Source of the DNA: Octopus vulgaris
Taxonomy: Eukaryota
Assembly (NCBI GenBank): GCA_951406725.2
Contig: OX597826.1
Location: forward strand, 70,804,001 to 70,868,000
DNA length: 64,000 nucleotides
Direction: 5' to 3'
Positions within the stretch are counted from its first letter, which is position 1. The number at the start of each line of letters is the position of its first letter. The notes under the pieces were generated by a model that saw only the letters and a program-made list of their open reading frames with translations, was not told where the DNA came from and made no database searches. Of the stretch, positions 1 through 12,778 are shown piece after piece. The position numbers were made by a program, and so were the translations under genes.

Positions 1-200
1 TTGTGAATGAATGTGAAGTCCTTGAATGTTAGCTGGCACGAGATCACCTTGTTCTTTGATGCCTAGGCTACTGTGGGCCAGAAGTTGGAGTGTATTGCTA
101 AATTATTTGATGCCAAACAACCGACTGGCCTGTCTCTGGGTGGCATCTTCGATATCTGCTAGTGTTGCAGCAGCACCGTCCATATGTAAGAGAAATACCC
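1..200 (-). mobile_element. Decayed CR1/L2-group LINE fragment (RT C-terminal region)
   Basis: Minus strand with a frameshift reads YFSYIW/DGAAATLADIEDATQRQASRLFG...SNTLQLLAH, matching the 'YCSHIWxGA...LDxIQRRAxRLI...LQPLAHRR' motif after the RT domain of CR1/L2/Crack-type LINEs. Confidence 0.55.
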
Positions 201-336
201 CATTGCGGTTGTAACAAGATTCTAGCCGTTACACAAGGAGCAAATTTCCGGCTTTTTTATGGTGTAGTTTTTGTTTTACTGTTTTATCGAGTACAATTTA
301 GAGACATCAACCAACACACCAATTCACACACATATA

Positions 337-556
337 CAATAATTCCTCGCCGTATCGCGGTTCACATATCGTGGTTTATTATTTAAGCTTACGTCGACTC
401 CTCTGTGGTGTTGTTTTGCATTTATAATATAATAAAATACATACAAATCATAAAAATTAAAAAAATATACAGTACAGCACTGTTTTATTTCACGAATTTT
501 CACCTATCGCGGGGGGCCTTTGGAACGTAACACCCGCGATAATCGAGGGATTGCTG
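337..556. mobile_element. Tigger/pogo-like MITE (~220 bp)
   Basis: Imperfect TIRs: CAATAATTCCTCGCCGTATCGCGG at the left; right end reverse-complements to CAGCAATCCCTCGATTATCGCGG. TA at 335-336 and a TA array beside the right end. Confidence 0.7.
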
Positions 557-558
557 TC

Positions 559-575
559 TATATACTTTTATATAC

Positions 576-608
<33 letters not shown>

Positions 609-610
609 CA

Positions 611-675
<65 letters not shown>

Positions 676-690
676 ATGTATATATATACG
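559..690. repeat. (TA)n microsatellite
   Basis: Seen directly. Confidence 0.98.
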
Positions 691-1084
691 CGTACGCAGG
701 TGGATAGCAAGTTTCCGCACATTCTCCGCCATCCAATTATCATTCTTCAAAATTATAGGGCAACAGAGGACGAGGGTTGAGGTTGAAGTCATTTGACAAT
801 TTTTTTCCCGCTAGGATCGAAACTGCAATCATGTGGTTTCAAAGTAAAGTTGATTTTCTTTTTTAACTTTATGACTACATCTGCCGCCATCTTATTTGCG
901 AATAAATGTTAAGTGTGGTAGAGAATGCGTATATGTGATAATAGACATAGATTTAATTTGCTATAAATAGAGATGTATCTATAAATACGTGCTTGCGAGT
1001 TGTCACGTTTTTGTATGAGAAAACGTGGAATCTGTTAGCAAAATGATAATGACGAAAATATAAGACATGTGTATATGCGTTTGC

Positions 1085-1116
<32 letters not shown>

Positions 1117-1774
1117 TTGCGTGCAGAGATGAAATGAGGGAAAGGTAGAAAGAAAAGAAAAGGAGATAAGAACAAAAATAAGGACAGGTAATAAGGAAAA
1201 CAATTTGATGGAACAGGTGAAAGAAAGCGATAGGGAGAGTCCAACAAGGAGAAACATTGATAGACTGACAGCGCAATCGTCATTAAATTCACAACAAATT
1301 ACTTTAATACTTAAGCTCAACCAGTGTGACTGTAGTTAATTACTGGTATCAAATTAATTTCAATTTTAAATTCGATCTTTATTTTTGTTTTTAGTAACTA
1401 CTTCGCCTCACATTGAACCCCAAATTCTTTGGAATTTATGCGTTTTACGTTCTAGAGAATCGTAGCGCTGTTTTCATCCTATAATGCCATACCCCGCTCC
1501 CACCCGCACCAGATCTCGCAAGCCTACTCTAGTTAATAAGAGAAACTACAGCAGCAGCAGCAAGTGAAGAAGCAACGGAAGCAGCAACAATAGTAGCAGC
1601 AACAGCAGCATGAACGGCTGCAACAGCTGCAATAGCAGCAGGTGCACTAACAGCAGCTATAATGTGCAACTTCAGCAGAAGGCACGTCGGACACCACAAT
1701 AGAATCAGGAGCCGAAATGCACAGCAATCCCACCGCTGTCCTTACAGGATATGATGCTTTATGTGTTCATCGAG

Positions 1775-2062
1775 ATTGCAAGAAATAGCAGCAAAAATCC
1801 ACTCTGTATCATACATTCTGTATTAAAATATCACTTTGACAAATATCGTCCGCTGTTGCCATCTCCAGGACCCGAATGTTTTGCTTGAAATAGCAACCGG
1901 ATCTCCCTCAAATAGCTTCCTACCAATGTAAATGTAAAAATATATATTAAATAATATAGTTCTACGTACACCTAAAAAGAAAAGAAATGCTGGATTGTCA
2001 CGGTCGGAATGCTTTTGATCTAAGACCTGTTCATTCACGATAAATCTGGGTTTAAACAACGA
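1775..2062 (+). mobile_element. Old dispersed repeat family D (SINE-like, (CAA)n tail), tandem decayed copies
   Basis: Motif series gaaatagcagccaaatct...gtcacggctggaatgc(c/t)tttgatc...ggg(g/t)taaacaacaac recurs at about 2890-3020, 14632-14745(-), 15445-15890, 25810-25975, 26990-27460, 28560-28712, 38555-38695 and 42690-43640(-). Confidence 0.6.
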
Positions 2063-2128
2063 CTACAAAAGTAGCAGCAAGCATGGAGAAACAGAATGGT
2101 CAGTGGTGGAAAAGTAAGATGTCCAGAT

Positions 2129-2403
2129 GTGGAGGCACATGGCCTAGTGGTTAGAGCAACGGACTCGCGATCGAGGGATCGCGGGTTCGAATCTCAGACC
2201 GGGCGATGTGTGTGTTTATGAGCGAAACACCTAAGCTCCACGCGACTCCGGCAGAAGGTAATGGCGAACTTCTGCTGACTCTTTCGCCACAACCTTCTCT
2301 CACTCTTTCCTCTTGCAGCTCACTTGCGACGGACCGGCGCCCCGTCCAGGTGAGAAACCGGCCCTTATGAGCCAGGCATGGCTCGAGAAGGAACAAACAA
2401 CAA
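2129..2403 (+). mobile_element. tRNA-derived SINE family C1, with TSD
   Basis: A box TGGCCTAGTGG, B box GGTTCGAATC, (AAAC)-type tail; exact 13-bp TSD AAGATGTCCAGAT at 2116-2128 and 2404-2416; homologous copies at 10536 and 28744. Confidence 0.93.
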
Positions 2404-2755
2404 AAGATGTCCAGATAGTCGCAGTGCATACGAAGGACCATTACATGGTGGCATTGTTTATTAGAATCAATGGATCTCAGGTGCTATGAGTTATATATAG
2501 CCGTTTGAACATAGGTTTGCAGAATCAAGGCTTATACGGGAGCTAAATAACACCCTCGCTATCAACAACAACAATAACAATAAGAGCACAGCAGCATCAA
2601 CAGGAGCAACATCAAAATTAACAGCAAGAACACCAACAACGAACTAACAACGGGTGCCTCCATGCCAGCCTTTCACAGTGTTTTAGAGCCTGAGGAGAAT
2701 CTACTTAAAGTATTGCGCAAATTCTTCTCATGTCCACCCTGTTGTTGTTAAGTAA

Positions 2756-2887
2756 CAAGACGGGTAAGGGTGATTAGGTGATGGTCTTGTTCTAGTCGAG
2801 GGCTCTTCGTTGACGCCCGACACCATTGGGAGGTGGCCCTCAAAGTCGCTGGAAATGGAGATCTCCAGGTCCAAATTCTTGGACGGC
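2756..2887 (-). mobile_element. Dispersed repeat fragment, probable retroelement 3' end (copy 1, internally deleted)
   Basis: High similarity to 42922-43104. Confidence 0.65.
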
Positions 2888-3329
2888 ACCCTGTCGCTTG
2901 TGGAAAGAAGGGCATATTGACTAACGCGGTCCGTGTGAAAGTGAGGATGATACAGATTCTAGGGAAAAGACGGAAGAGTCACGGTCGGAACGCTTCCATA
3001 CGGTGATATTTAACAACGACAGTTATACCAACGCTACAGCAGCAATAACTGCGGTCATTACCATATCAGCAACAACAAGGATATGGATGATTTTTTAAAC
3101 TTTTATATCCTTTTAACGGTTTGATTCTCCATCCAAACGATTAAAATATCTTAGAATTATAGAAATTTTTCCTGGACAAGGAAACGTATTGTACAAGAGC
3201 GTTCCCTTGTAGCGACCAAGTCAGTATAACAACAATAAAAAGTTCTGTTATTACGCCCCTACTGAGCAATATGTCTTCATATCTCTATGGTGGTGGTGTT
3301 GGTGACGTGGTCATGGTCATTATGGTAAA

Positions 3330-4130
3330 CAGGCAAATCTCTTGCGTTTTATAGATTTAGCTGTAGACAAGAGCGATGAGGCTCTCAGGGAGACTCTAGG
3401 TGTGGACGAAGATTGACTAAAAAGCATTTTCTGAAGGACTTTCGGCTCGGGAACTATAAGCAAAATCCATAAGTTCCAAACCTGGCATTTTATTGGAGCA
3501 TCCCCGGTTCGGGATAACACCTACTGATATATTAGCGCCACCAACCAGGATTGTCTAATTTGCGCACAACACAACAAAGCCATTTTCAAGCACCGGTTCA
3601 ATGTCCGTGAGTTGTAAACTGAATGTGAACTCGAACTCGAATAGCTATTGTTGCATCTGGGATGAATCTTCCTTTGACGAGGAAATGCCTGTAGTTCTAC
3701 AGTGTCTGGTGGATAGGGCAACAAAAGTCGTTTGGTGGACAAGATTGAAAGGCTTACTGAAAGACCTTTTCTTTTCAGGCGAAACCCCCTTAAATTTCTT
3801 TCCACCTTCATCATTAAATTCTATTCTATTTGGAGTAGAAGGAAAAGGCATAGAAGGTGCAGTCTTGTTAGTCTCGCTCCAGTTTATCATTTGTAGAATT
3901 ATAGGTGAGAGGGACGAGAATGTCCCAAGTGAATGGTCATACTCTCAGTATGAGCCTGTATAGCGTAAATAAAAGCTGAGAGAGGAGTCAGTTGCCCTTT
4001 GTGGCCAGGTTCATATTGAAACAGCGAGTTTCTTTGGTTGGCTTTCGGTGGTTGAATTCCTATCAAAACGATCAAAGATCCTTCCCAACCCATAGCTTCA
4101 CAAGGCCGGTTTCCTGATTCTGTAACGTCC
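3330..4130 (+). mobile_element. Decayed Tx1/L1-like LINE, ORF2 C-terminus and probable 3' UTR
   Basis: Broken translation ..ALRETLGVDED*LKSIF*RTFG..DCLICAQ..VQCP..KVVWWTRLKG..LNFF; homologous to 49330-50390 and 26430-26900; CCHC zinc-knuckle remnant. Confidence 0.8.
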
Positions 4131-4134
4131 ATAT

Positions 4135-4309
4135 TCCCTCCCCTCCACTGGACGGTCCGTCACTGGATTACTCGGTTTTGCTGCTGAGTGGATTGGAGAA
4201 AGGTGAAATGAAGTGTTTTGCTCAAGAACACAACACATCGCTGGGTTCAGGAATCGAAACCACAATCTTACAATCATGAGTACAGCACCCGAACCAGTAA
4301 ACAACTGCC
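4135..4309 (-). mobile_element. SINE family C2, decayed
   Basis: Homologous to 36058-36547 (tgaaatgaagtgttttgctcaagaacacaac...ggaatcgaaaccacaatc). Confidence 0.8.
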
Positions 4310-4592
4310 TTTTTTGTAGGGACACCTAATTTAATATCTTTTTGAATAAATTCATTTTTCATGTCTGCTTTTTTCACATTTGATTCTGCATAGAAACCCC
4401 ACTGTTTGTAATTTCTCTTCACTTTTGATAAAAAAAAAAGAAAATTGTTATATTAATATTATTATTGCTATTGTTGTTGACTTCGCCATCCTTGTCGGCG
4501 TTGTTATTGTTGTTAATGACGTCATCATCATCATCGTCGTCATTATTATTATTATTATTATTGTTTGCATTTTTGTTTTGTTATTTTCACAG

Positions 4593-4643
4593 GAATATTT
4601 AACAGTACTCGTTCTAAGGTGTAAAGCTACCATACTAGCAGAG
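4593..4643 (+). other. Candidate 51-nt spliceosomal exon (EYLTVLVLRCKATILAE if coding)
   Basis: Pyrimidine tract ttttgttttgttattttcacAG and consensus donor GAG|GTAAGT; only one frame is open; no recognisable protein. Confidence 0.35.
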
Positions 4644-5111
4644 GTAAGTGAGCGCCATTTTTACGCCTCTGTTTGTAAGCGTATGGGTGTGTATATGTGC
4701 GTGTTTGTTTGTATGTATGTGTGCATGTGTAAAGCCACTTAGAATTTCTTTCAAACTCTCGACTCCTTCTCCGCACATTTAGCGACGTGTACGTATCTTG
4801 GCACGCGAATCTTTAAGATATGTCAAACTACGCTACATTATTAAGCACATGTAACAGCTACCAAATATGTTGAATGCCAGTTTCGTTCGTTTGTTCACCC
4901 ACCCGTGTATATGTCTGTGTATGTGTGCGTGTGTATATATATACATATATATATATTATTAGATTGGGCATATGTTTAGCAATGTATTAGCAAAAATGAA
5001 AGCTTACAACTCGTTAAATATGACAGAGGGTGTTAGGTCATCTACAATGCTAGAAATAAGAGCTAAAGTGCTCTGATGTCAACGCACCCAATTGTATACA
5101 TACACACTGAT

Positions 5112-5191
<80 letters not shown>

Positions 5192-5499
5192 AGTGTGTGT
5201 ATGTATGTATATGTGTGTGTGTGTGTGTGTCTTTGTATAAATCAGTACGTGGAGTCCCCAGACGGGATTACAAGTTTGAATCTGACTTTAAGGAATTATA
5301 AGGGTAAAGATGTATAGGACGCACATATTGGTTTATTGATTTTGTTTTTGCTCTCTTGTGAGAAAGATCTTAAACTTTCTAACTCTCAGGTAATCATGTG
5401 TAGCACCATTTCATTCCGTTTAAAAATCATCAGCATGAATTAACCCGAAGTATTTACATTAAACATTGTACGAAGCGAAACTTTTGAGAACTCACAGCT

Positions 5500-6003
5500 C
5501 CAGTACATTTTTAATCAACCAAATATGAAGCATTTTATTGCACAATGCGTCTCCATCTTTCCTTTGACTCGAAAATGCCCTCTTCCCAGAATTGAGGTGG
5601 TTTCATGGCAAAGAATTCCTTAAGGTATCTTTTTACGTCATCCAAGGAATTGAAATTTTTACTATTAAGACTATTCTGCAGAGGCCTGAATAAGTGGAAA
5701 TCCGAGGGAGCGATATCTGGTGAATATGGAGGGTTGGGTAACACATCCCAGCCGAGCTGCAGCAATTTTTGTCTGGTTCCCAAAGCATCAATTGCCGAAA
5801 ATGAACTTTCTTATCTTCAATTTTAAAGGGTTACAGAATTAACACAGTTTATAGGAACATAAACCTTCCTCCACGAAAAGATAGCTTAAACTGTGCTCTA
5901 AATGGATGTGTAGTCAAATCCTATTTTATGCGCTCAACCATGTTCTAAAATAAGTCGAACGGTAAGCTACTATAAATCGGCACGAACTTTCCGGACAACC
6001 CAA
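5500..6003 (-). mobile_element. Internally deleted mariner (Tc1/mariner) transposon; transposase pseudogene
   Basis: TA then TIR TTGGGTTGTCCGGAAAGTTCGTGCCGATT; N-terminus EDKKVHFRQLMLW joined directly to C-terminus TRQKLLQLGWDVLPNPPYSPDIAPSDFHLF (YSPDxAPSD mariner motif); the other TIR is not seen. Confidence 0.95.
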
Positions 6004-6443
6004 TAGAATCAGTTCGAATTTCCAAAGAAACAGTTAGTGTTGCCTCATTGTGACTGGCCAGTGGTGAGCATCAAGTTGTAACTGATCAGATCAAACTGAC
6101 CAGTTGTTATTATTGCCTCATTGTAACTCACATATTGCCACTGACCTGTCTGTAAATGGCCAGCACAGACGGACCAGATATCGTCTTTACACTTGTGATG
6201 CTTTAACTGAAGAAAGACGAAATGTCAATCAATTTTTTCTGTTATGTTGAATTATGACTGACCATTTGAAATAGATTGATTGAAAATGAAGAGCTGATGC
6301 ACAAAACTTGTGAATATTAATTCCTCTGGTACAAACCAGCTGACCTTTTCCAAATTGACTGATGGCAAATATATTTTCAGATGACAATGATAAGAAAATA
6401 TGATGTCTTCAAAACCGATTATCTTTCTCTAAGGATGGCACAC

Positions 6444-6444
<1 letters not shown>

Positions 6445-6529
<85 letters not shown>

Positions 6530-6623
6530 ACAGATAGACAGACAGACGGACAGAGAGACTGACAGACAGACAGACAGATAGATAGATAGACAGACAGATA
6601 GATAGACAAACAGATAGACAGAC

Positions 6624-6660
<37 letters not shown>

Positions 6661-6661
6661 T

Positions 6662-6711
<50 letters not shown>

Positions 6712-6775
6712 GGATGGATAGATAGACAAACAAAATGATAGATAAAAAGATAGACGAACAGATAGACAGATAGAT
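6445..6775. repeat. (GACA)n/(GATA)n compound microsatellite
   Basis: Seen directly. Confidence 0.98.
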
Positions 6776-7151
6776 AATTAAATATAAAGCTCAAGATGAT
6801 GATTGGAAAACTAAAAACGTAGGGCAAACTAACGGAATGGATGTTTTATAGTAAACACATATTTAGCCTCATTGTGAAAAATCCACATTTTCTATATATG
6901 TCAGTGATGTTAACAATGTACAGTTATTATAAACATCCCACCCTGTAAGTTTATCATATGCCTTTCGCTAACTTCTCCCATTTTATGTCCCTTTCTCCGT
7001 GTTTCATCGTCATATATACGTGTGCACGCGCGCGTGTGTTTGTGTGCCGAACCGCTGTTCCTTGGCCCAAATGTCTTCCGCTATAAAACGAGGTCGACCA
7101 ATTCCTTTTGGTTGAATTTAGTGGACAGAAATCGAGTAGAATTCTGTCGAA

Positions 7152-7383
7152 TACTCTTTACTCTTTTACTTGTTTCAGTCAGTTGACTGCGGCCATGCTG
7201 GAGCACCGCCTTTAGTCGAGCAACTCGACCCCGGGACTTATTCTTTGTAAGCCCAGTACTTATTCTATCGGTCTCTTTTGCCGAACCGCTAAGTTACGGG
7301 GACATAAACACACCAGTATCGGTTGTCAAGCAATGCCAGGGGGAGAAACACAGGCACACACGCACACACACACACACACACAC

Positions 7384-7424
<41 letters not shown>

Positions 7425-7586
7425 TACGACGGGCTTCTTTCAGTTTCCGTCTACCAAATCCCCTCACAAGGCTTTGGTCGGCCCGAGGCTATAGCAGAAG
7501 ACACTTGCCCAAGGTGCCACGCAGTGGGACTGAACCCGGAACCATGTGGTTGGTTAGCAAGCTACTTACCACACAGCCACTCCTGC
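7152..7586 (-). mobile_element. SINE family A, full length (tRNA-like head, CORE-like segment, internal TA/TG microsatellite, LINE-derived tail)
   Basis: About ten copies in the window; head AGGAGTGGCTGTGTGGTAAG...GGTTCAGTCCC, CORE-like GGCACCTTGGGCAAGTG, tail GGCGGTGCTCCAGCATGGCCGCAG...CTGAAACAAGTAAAAGAGTA. Confidence 0.93.
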
Positions 7587-7844
7587 ATACATTTATATGT
7601 GTGTGTACATATCCACACATCTTTATAGACATACATATGTGCGTATGTGTGTGAGTGTGTGTGTGTGAGCGTGTGTGTTTGTGTTTGCACGCATGTATGA
7701 ATGTATAAACGAATGTGCGTGTATAAATGCGAAAGATTGTATACACGTGCAAGTTGTAAATAGGCAATTGGTGTGAATACATCATATGACGCATCATTAG
7801 AACTCTCTATCCCGCCAAAATTCAATATATGTCTCTTAAATGGC

Positions 7845-7858
7845 TGCTACTACTACTG

Positions 7859-7928
<70 letters not shown>

Positions 7929-7929
7929 A

Positions 7930-7990
<61 letters not shown>

Positions 7991-8106
7991 AAACTACTAC
8001 TACTATTACTACTCCCTCTCTCTCTCTCTCTCTCATTCTTTATATATTTATATATGTACGTATATATATGTATGTTTGTATGTATGTATGTATGTATGTA
8101 TGTATG

Positions 8107-8154
<48 letters not shown>

Positions 8155-8185
8155 CAGAGAGAGAGAGACAGACAAACAGACAGAC
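7845..8185. repeat. Compound microsatellite (CTA)n(CTG)n(CT)n(TATG)n(TA)n
   Basis: Seen directly. Confidence 0.98.
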
Positions 8186-8771
8186 ATGCATGCATGTACG
8201 TACTCGTGCATTCTTACGTGCGTATTAAACCTATTCCATTCCACCGTTTAATTCGTTCAACAAAGTATACGCGTGTAAGTAAGCAGAGGTATGTATGTGA
8301 ACGTGTGTAAGTATATAGGCATATGTGCATGCATGTATGCATGTCTATATTTATTTACACGCATACATACATACATATAAATATAAATGTGTATGTTTAT
8401 ATGCAGGTATGGTAGGTATACATGTATGTATGTGCTCTTAGAACTTTTATACATTCTTTTCAATTATATATTTTCTTTTATTAATTTCGCTTCATTAGGA
8501 TGCCACTATACAGAAGCTGCATCTAGTCACACACACACACACACACACTTATGCGTACCTACACACTCACACACACACATGTTTACCTAGACGCAAACAT
8601 GTCTATTTGTACATCTGTATGCGTTGTAGCCTGTGCTTTGTATTTACAGGTGTTTGACACAGGTGTTTCATTTATATGCATGTACATGTGGATGTATATG
8701 GGTTCTTGGGTGTATATAAATCTGTATGTGTACATGCGAGTGTATGCATTTCCGTATGTACATGTGTGTCT

Positions 8772-8820
<49 letters not shown>

Positions 8821-9036
8821 TGGCCTAGCGTACAAAGCAAAATTAGTCAATAGACTATATATTATTCATATGAAATACAGTGTACATTAAAACATATTAA
8901 GAGGATTCCATCATAGGAATCCTTTACGCTAGAAAGAACAGTTAAAGTTCAAACAACTAATTAGGGATAAATTCTTGAAGGGAATGAAAAATAAAAACAT
9001 TTACCATCTAATTCCTGGTAGTAAAAATTTCTTGTT

Positions 9037-9090
<54 letters not shown>

Positions 9091-9229
9091 TGTATGTATG
9101 TATGTATGTATGTATGTATGTATGTATGTATTGAGACCAAGGTGAAGCGCTTCAAGGTCATTGCCAAGGTGAGAGAGAGAAAAATTTACGAAATAATATC
9201 TCCTGCTTTCACAAGTATCATAAACGGAA

Positions 9230-10340
9230 ACAGCACTTCTCTTATAGAGCGGCAGTTGATAGGCTGTAATAGTAGCGTGGCAGATAGAGTACGTTGTAAT
9301 AGTAGAGTGATAAGACATATTGCCGTGGTAGAGTAGTGGGACAAAATAGCTTGTAGTGTTGTAGAATATTTTCTGATTGTCAAGAGGTTGATAAAATAGC
9401 TTGTAATAGTATCGTAATAGATAGAATACCTTGTTATAGTATTGTAGCAGATAGAGTACTTTGTACTAGTAAAGTGGTTGACAGTATAAAGTGACAAACG
9501 ATTGATAATAATAGTATAGTGATTGACAAAATAGATAGAATAGAGTAATATAATAGAGTGACGGATAAATGACAGAAATATTAGGGTGGCTTGACGGTAT
9601 TCCGTCTGTCTTTATGTCCTGGGTTCGAATTCCGCTGAGGTCGACTTTGCCTTTCGTTCTTTCGGGGTCCATAAAATAAGTACCAGTTAACCACTGGGGT
9701 CGATATAATCTACTAAACCGCCTTTCCCGAAATTTCTGGCCCTGTGCCAAAATTTGAAGTCAATATAAGGGTAGCATATAAAATTACCGGTTAGAGTGGT
9801 AGCTAGAATATTTGTCGTACTAAAGTGACAGAGTTGTGGATAGAATAGGGTAACAGATCAGTGGCAGTTAATAGTTAAATGATAGACAGAATAATTTATA
9901 GAATCCCAGAGGGACAGATAAGGTTGACGGTGCTATTAGGGTGATAGATAGAATGAGATGGAATATTTTGACATACTAAAGTGATAGATAAGAGATAGAA
10001 ATAACTGAGCGGTTGACTGAGTAGGGCATTGAATAGATAACCGGATGGTTGATAATAATAAGTAGAACTATAGATAAAATAATCTATAATAGCACAGCGT
10101 AGCAAATAAAATATTAAAATAGAATATTAGAGTGGCAGATAGAACAGGGTGGGGGATAGAATTGAGTGACAATGACTGGTATTAATTACGGAGTGTTAGT
10201 TAAAGTGACAGATGGTTGATAGCAGTAGTGACAGATGATAAATAATAATAGCAGAGTGGTAGAAAGAACACCGCATAATAAGAGAGGAGCAGACAAAACA
10301 GAATCACGGTACTTGTAGAATTTTAGAACGTAAAATGACA
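9230..10340. repeat. Degenerate purine-rich tandem repeat (agagtg(g/a)cagatag(a)-like units), interrupted by a SINE B
   Basis: Recurrent gtggcagatag/gtgacagat motifs at irregular spacing of a few tens of bp. Confidence 0.6.
9585..9765 (+). mobile_element. SINE family B monomer (Nin/Deu-like central domain)
   Basis: GGTTCGAATTCC B box followed by GAGGTCGACTTTGCCTTTC..TTTCGGGGTC.ATAAAATAAGTACCAG. Confidence 0.85.
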
Positions 10341-10535
10341 GACGATAGAGAATAAAGTTCCAGTCAAGGACTGGGGTTGAAGTAAATGATTTGGCCCCTC
10401 CCTTCAAATCGGTGACAGTGTTCTAAAATTAGAAAGGGTCACCACCACCACCACCACCACAACCACCACCACCACCACCACCACTACTACCACTACCATC
10501 ACCGTCACTACTACTACTACTACTACTACTACTGT

Positions 10536-10849
10536 GTGGAGGCACATGGGTTAGTGGTTAGAGCAGCAGACTCGCAGTCGAGGGATCGCGGATTCGAATC
10601 TCAGACCGGGCGGTGTGTGTGTTTATGAGCGAAACACCTAAGTTCCACACGGCTCCGGCAGAAGGTAATGGCAAAACTTCTGCTGACTCTTTCACCACAA
10701 CTTTCTCTTACTCCTTCCTCCTGCGTCTTACAGCTCACCTGCGACGGACTGGCGTCCCGTCCAGGTGGGGAACCTATACGCCAAGGAAACCGGGAAACAG
10801 GCCCCTATGAGCCAGACATGGCTCGAGAAGGAACAAACAACAGCAACAA
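10536..10849 (+). mobile_element. SINE family C1 inserted in an (ACT)n array
   Basis: Homologous to 2129-2403; (ACT)n on both flanks. Confidence 0.92.
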
Positions 10850-10883
<34 letters not shown>

Positions 10884-11094
10884 ATCTTTAGGTTCTGAGT
10901 ACAAGTCCTACTGATGTTGATTTAGCCTTCTATTCCGCCATGATTGATAAAATAAAGTACCACTCAGGTCGATGCAATCGAGTATCTTCCGCCCCCTCAA
11001 GACACTGGTCTCGTACCTACATTAGGAGTTATCCACTATACTTCAAGGGGTGGTGAATGGAAATATCGGTAGGGGAACAGAAAAAAAAAAACGC

Positions 11095-11310
11095 TGGCGC
11101 TGGATGGCAGAATTTAATACAAACTCGGATTAAATGTTGTCAGAAGATAGCAGAAATGATGCAAAGCCGGATTAAACGAGTCAGTGGTTAGCAAAATTGA
11201 TGCAGAACCGGTGGATTAAATGGCGTCAATGGACAACAGAATCGATGCAGAGCCGGGTTATATTGTAACACGGTGTGAGAAAGAATTGATAGAGAGCCGG
11301 ATTAAACGTC
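11095..11310 (+). repeat. Minisatellite, about five units of ~40 bp resembling the SINE B head
   Basis: Repeated gcagaa(t/a)tgatgcagagccggattaaa units. Confidence 0.75.
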
Positions 11311-11592
11311 GCTTTGTGTTTAGTTGTGCTTCTTTGCCTTTCTAATTTCAAATTCCACCAGATCTGACTTTGCTTTTCGTTATCTTAAATACTAATCGAT
11401 ATCTTTAATACTAGTTAGATACTGATGTTCTTCATAATACACTTCTTTATATCCTACAAAATTTTCGGATTTATGCCTTTGTTAAAAATCCTATTCCCCC
11501 CCCCCCTAAGTCCCTCGTTTTGCATCACTTTATGTTGATTTAACTCTTTTAGATGCGATATAATCGTTTCGAACAAATTCCTTCAGGATGTT

Positions 11593-11916
11593 TTAATTTT
11601 TATTTATGCGCCCTTTTCAAGCCTAGCCAGGCTCATGTGCCCGATTCCCTTGTTTCTGTGGCGTATGTGTTCCCCCCAGCTGGACGGGACGCCAGTCCAT
11701 CGCAGCGTTACTCAAGAAACAGGAAGAAAGAGTGAGAGAAAGTTGGGGCGAAAGAGTACAACAGGGGTTGCCACCCACCCACCCCCTGCCGGAGCCCCGT
11801 GGAGCTTTTAGGTGTTTTCGCTCTATAAACACACACAACGCCCGGTCTGGGAATCGAAACCGTGATCCTCCGACCACGAGTCCGCTATCCTAACCACTGG
11901 GCCATTGCGCCTCCAC
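11593..11916 (-). mobile_element. SINE family C variant (C1-like head, C2-like tail) with TSD
   Basis: A/B boxes on the minus strand; TSD TCAGGATGTT at about 11583-11592 and 11921-11930. Confidence 0.9.
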
Positions 11917-12220
11917 ACCCTCAGGATGTTACTGGTACATATTTTTCTTCATTAATCACCTCATATATATAACAGGTTACATCGTTTGTTACTAGAATGT
12001 TCCTGTTGTTTCTATCTATGATCAGAAACATTGTAACCCTAAGTGTTTTTGGAGGACTCTAGAACTATGTTATCTAGTGTGTTCTTCATCTTTTTAAGAC
12101 GACGGCCTCTAATTTGAAGCGATTTAGCTGCTTTTTCTAAGAGGCCAAGAAAATCTTTGATCGTGGTTCGTCTCAAAACTTGAGAGACGAAGTGATAGTG
12201 TGTCTTGGAAAGAATTAGAC

Positions 12221-12267
<47 letters not shown>

Positions 12268-12517
12268 TTGTGCCTGTGCTTGTGTATTTTTGAATACACA
12301 CACGCATACATACACATACACTACGCACTTATATGATGTGAAATGTGTGCATTAGCGTGTGCCGTGAGGTGATTTCATTAATTAGCAACGACTTACTTGC
12401 CAATGCAGTCCAGCCTCTCTTTAACACACGCACTGACTGTCTTTATCCCTCTCTCTCCCTCCCTCCTCCCTCACCTCCCCTTTCTCTCTTAACTTATCAC
12501 TACTACAATAACCTCTA

Positions 12518-12736
12518 CCTCTTTTACTCTTTTACTTGTTTCAGTCATTTGACTGCGGCCATGCTGGAGCACCGCCTTTAGTCGAGCAAATCGATCCCAG
12601 GACTTGTTCTTTGTAAGCCTAGTACTTATTCTATCGGTCTCTTTTGCCGAACCGCTAAGTTACGGGGACGTAAACACACCAGCATCGGTTGTCAAGCGAT
12701 GCTGGTGGGACAAACACAGACACACAAACATATACA

Positions 12737-12778
<42 letters not shown>

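Noticed and set aside
2129-2205. tRNA-like sequences here and at other SINE heads
   Set aside because: No proper acceptor stem; they continue into SINE bodies with tails and TSDs.
11095-11310. CRISPR-like periodicity
   Set aside because: Units are diverged tandem copies without unique spacers.
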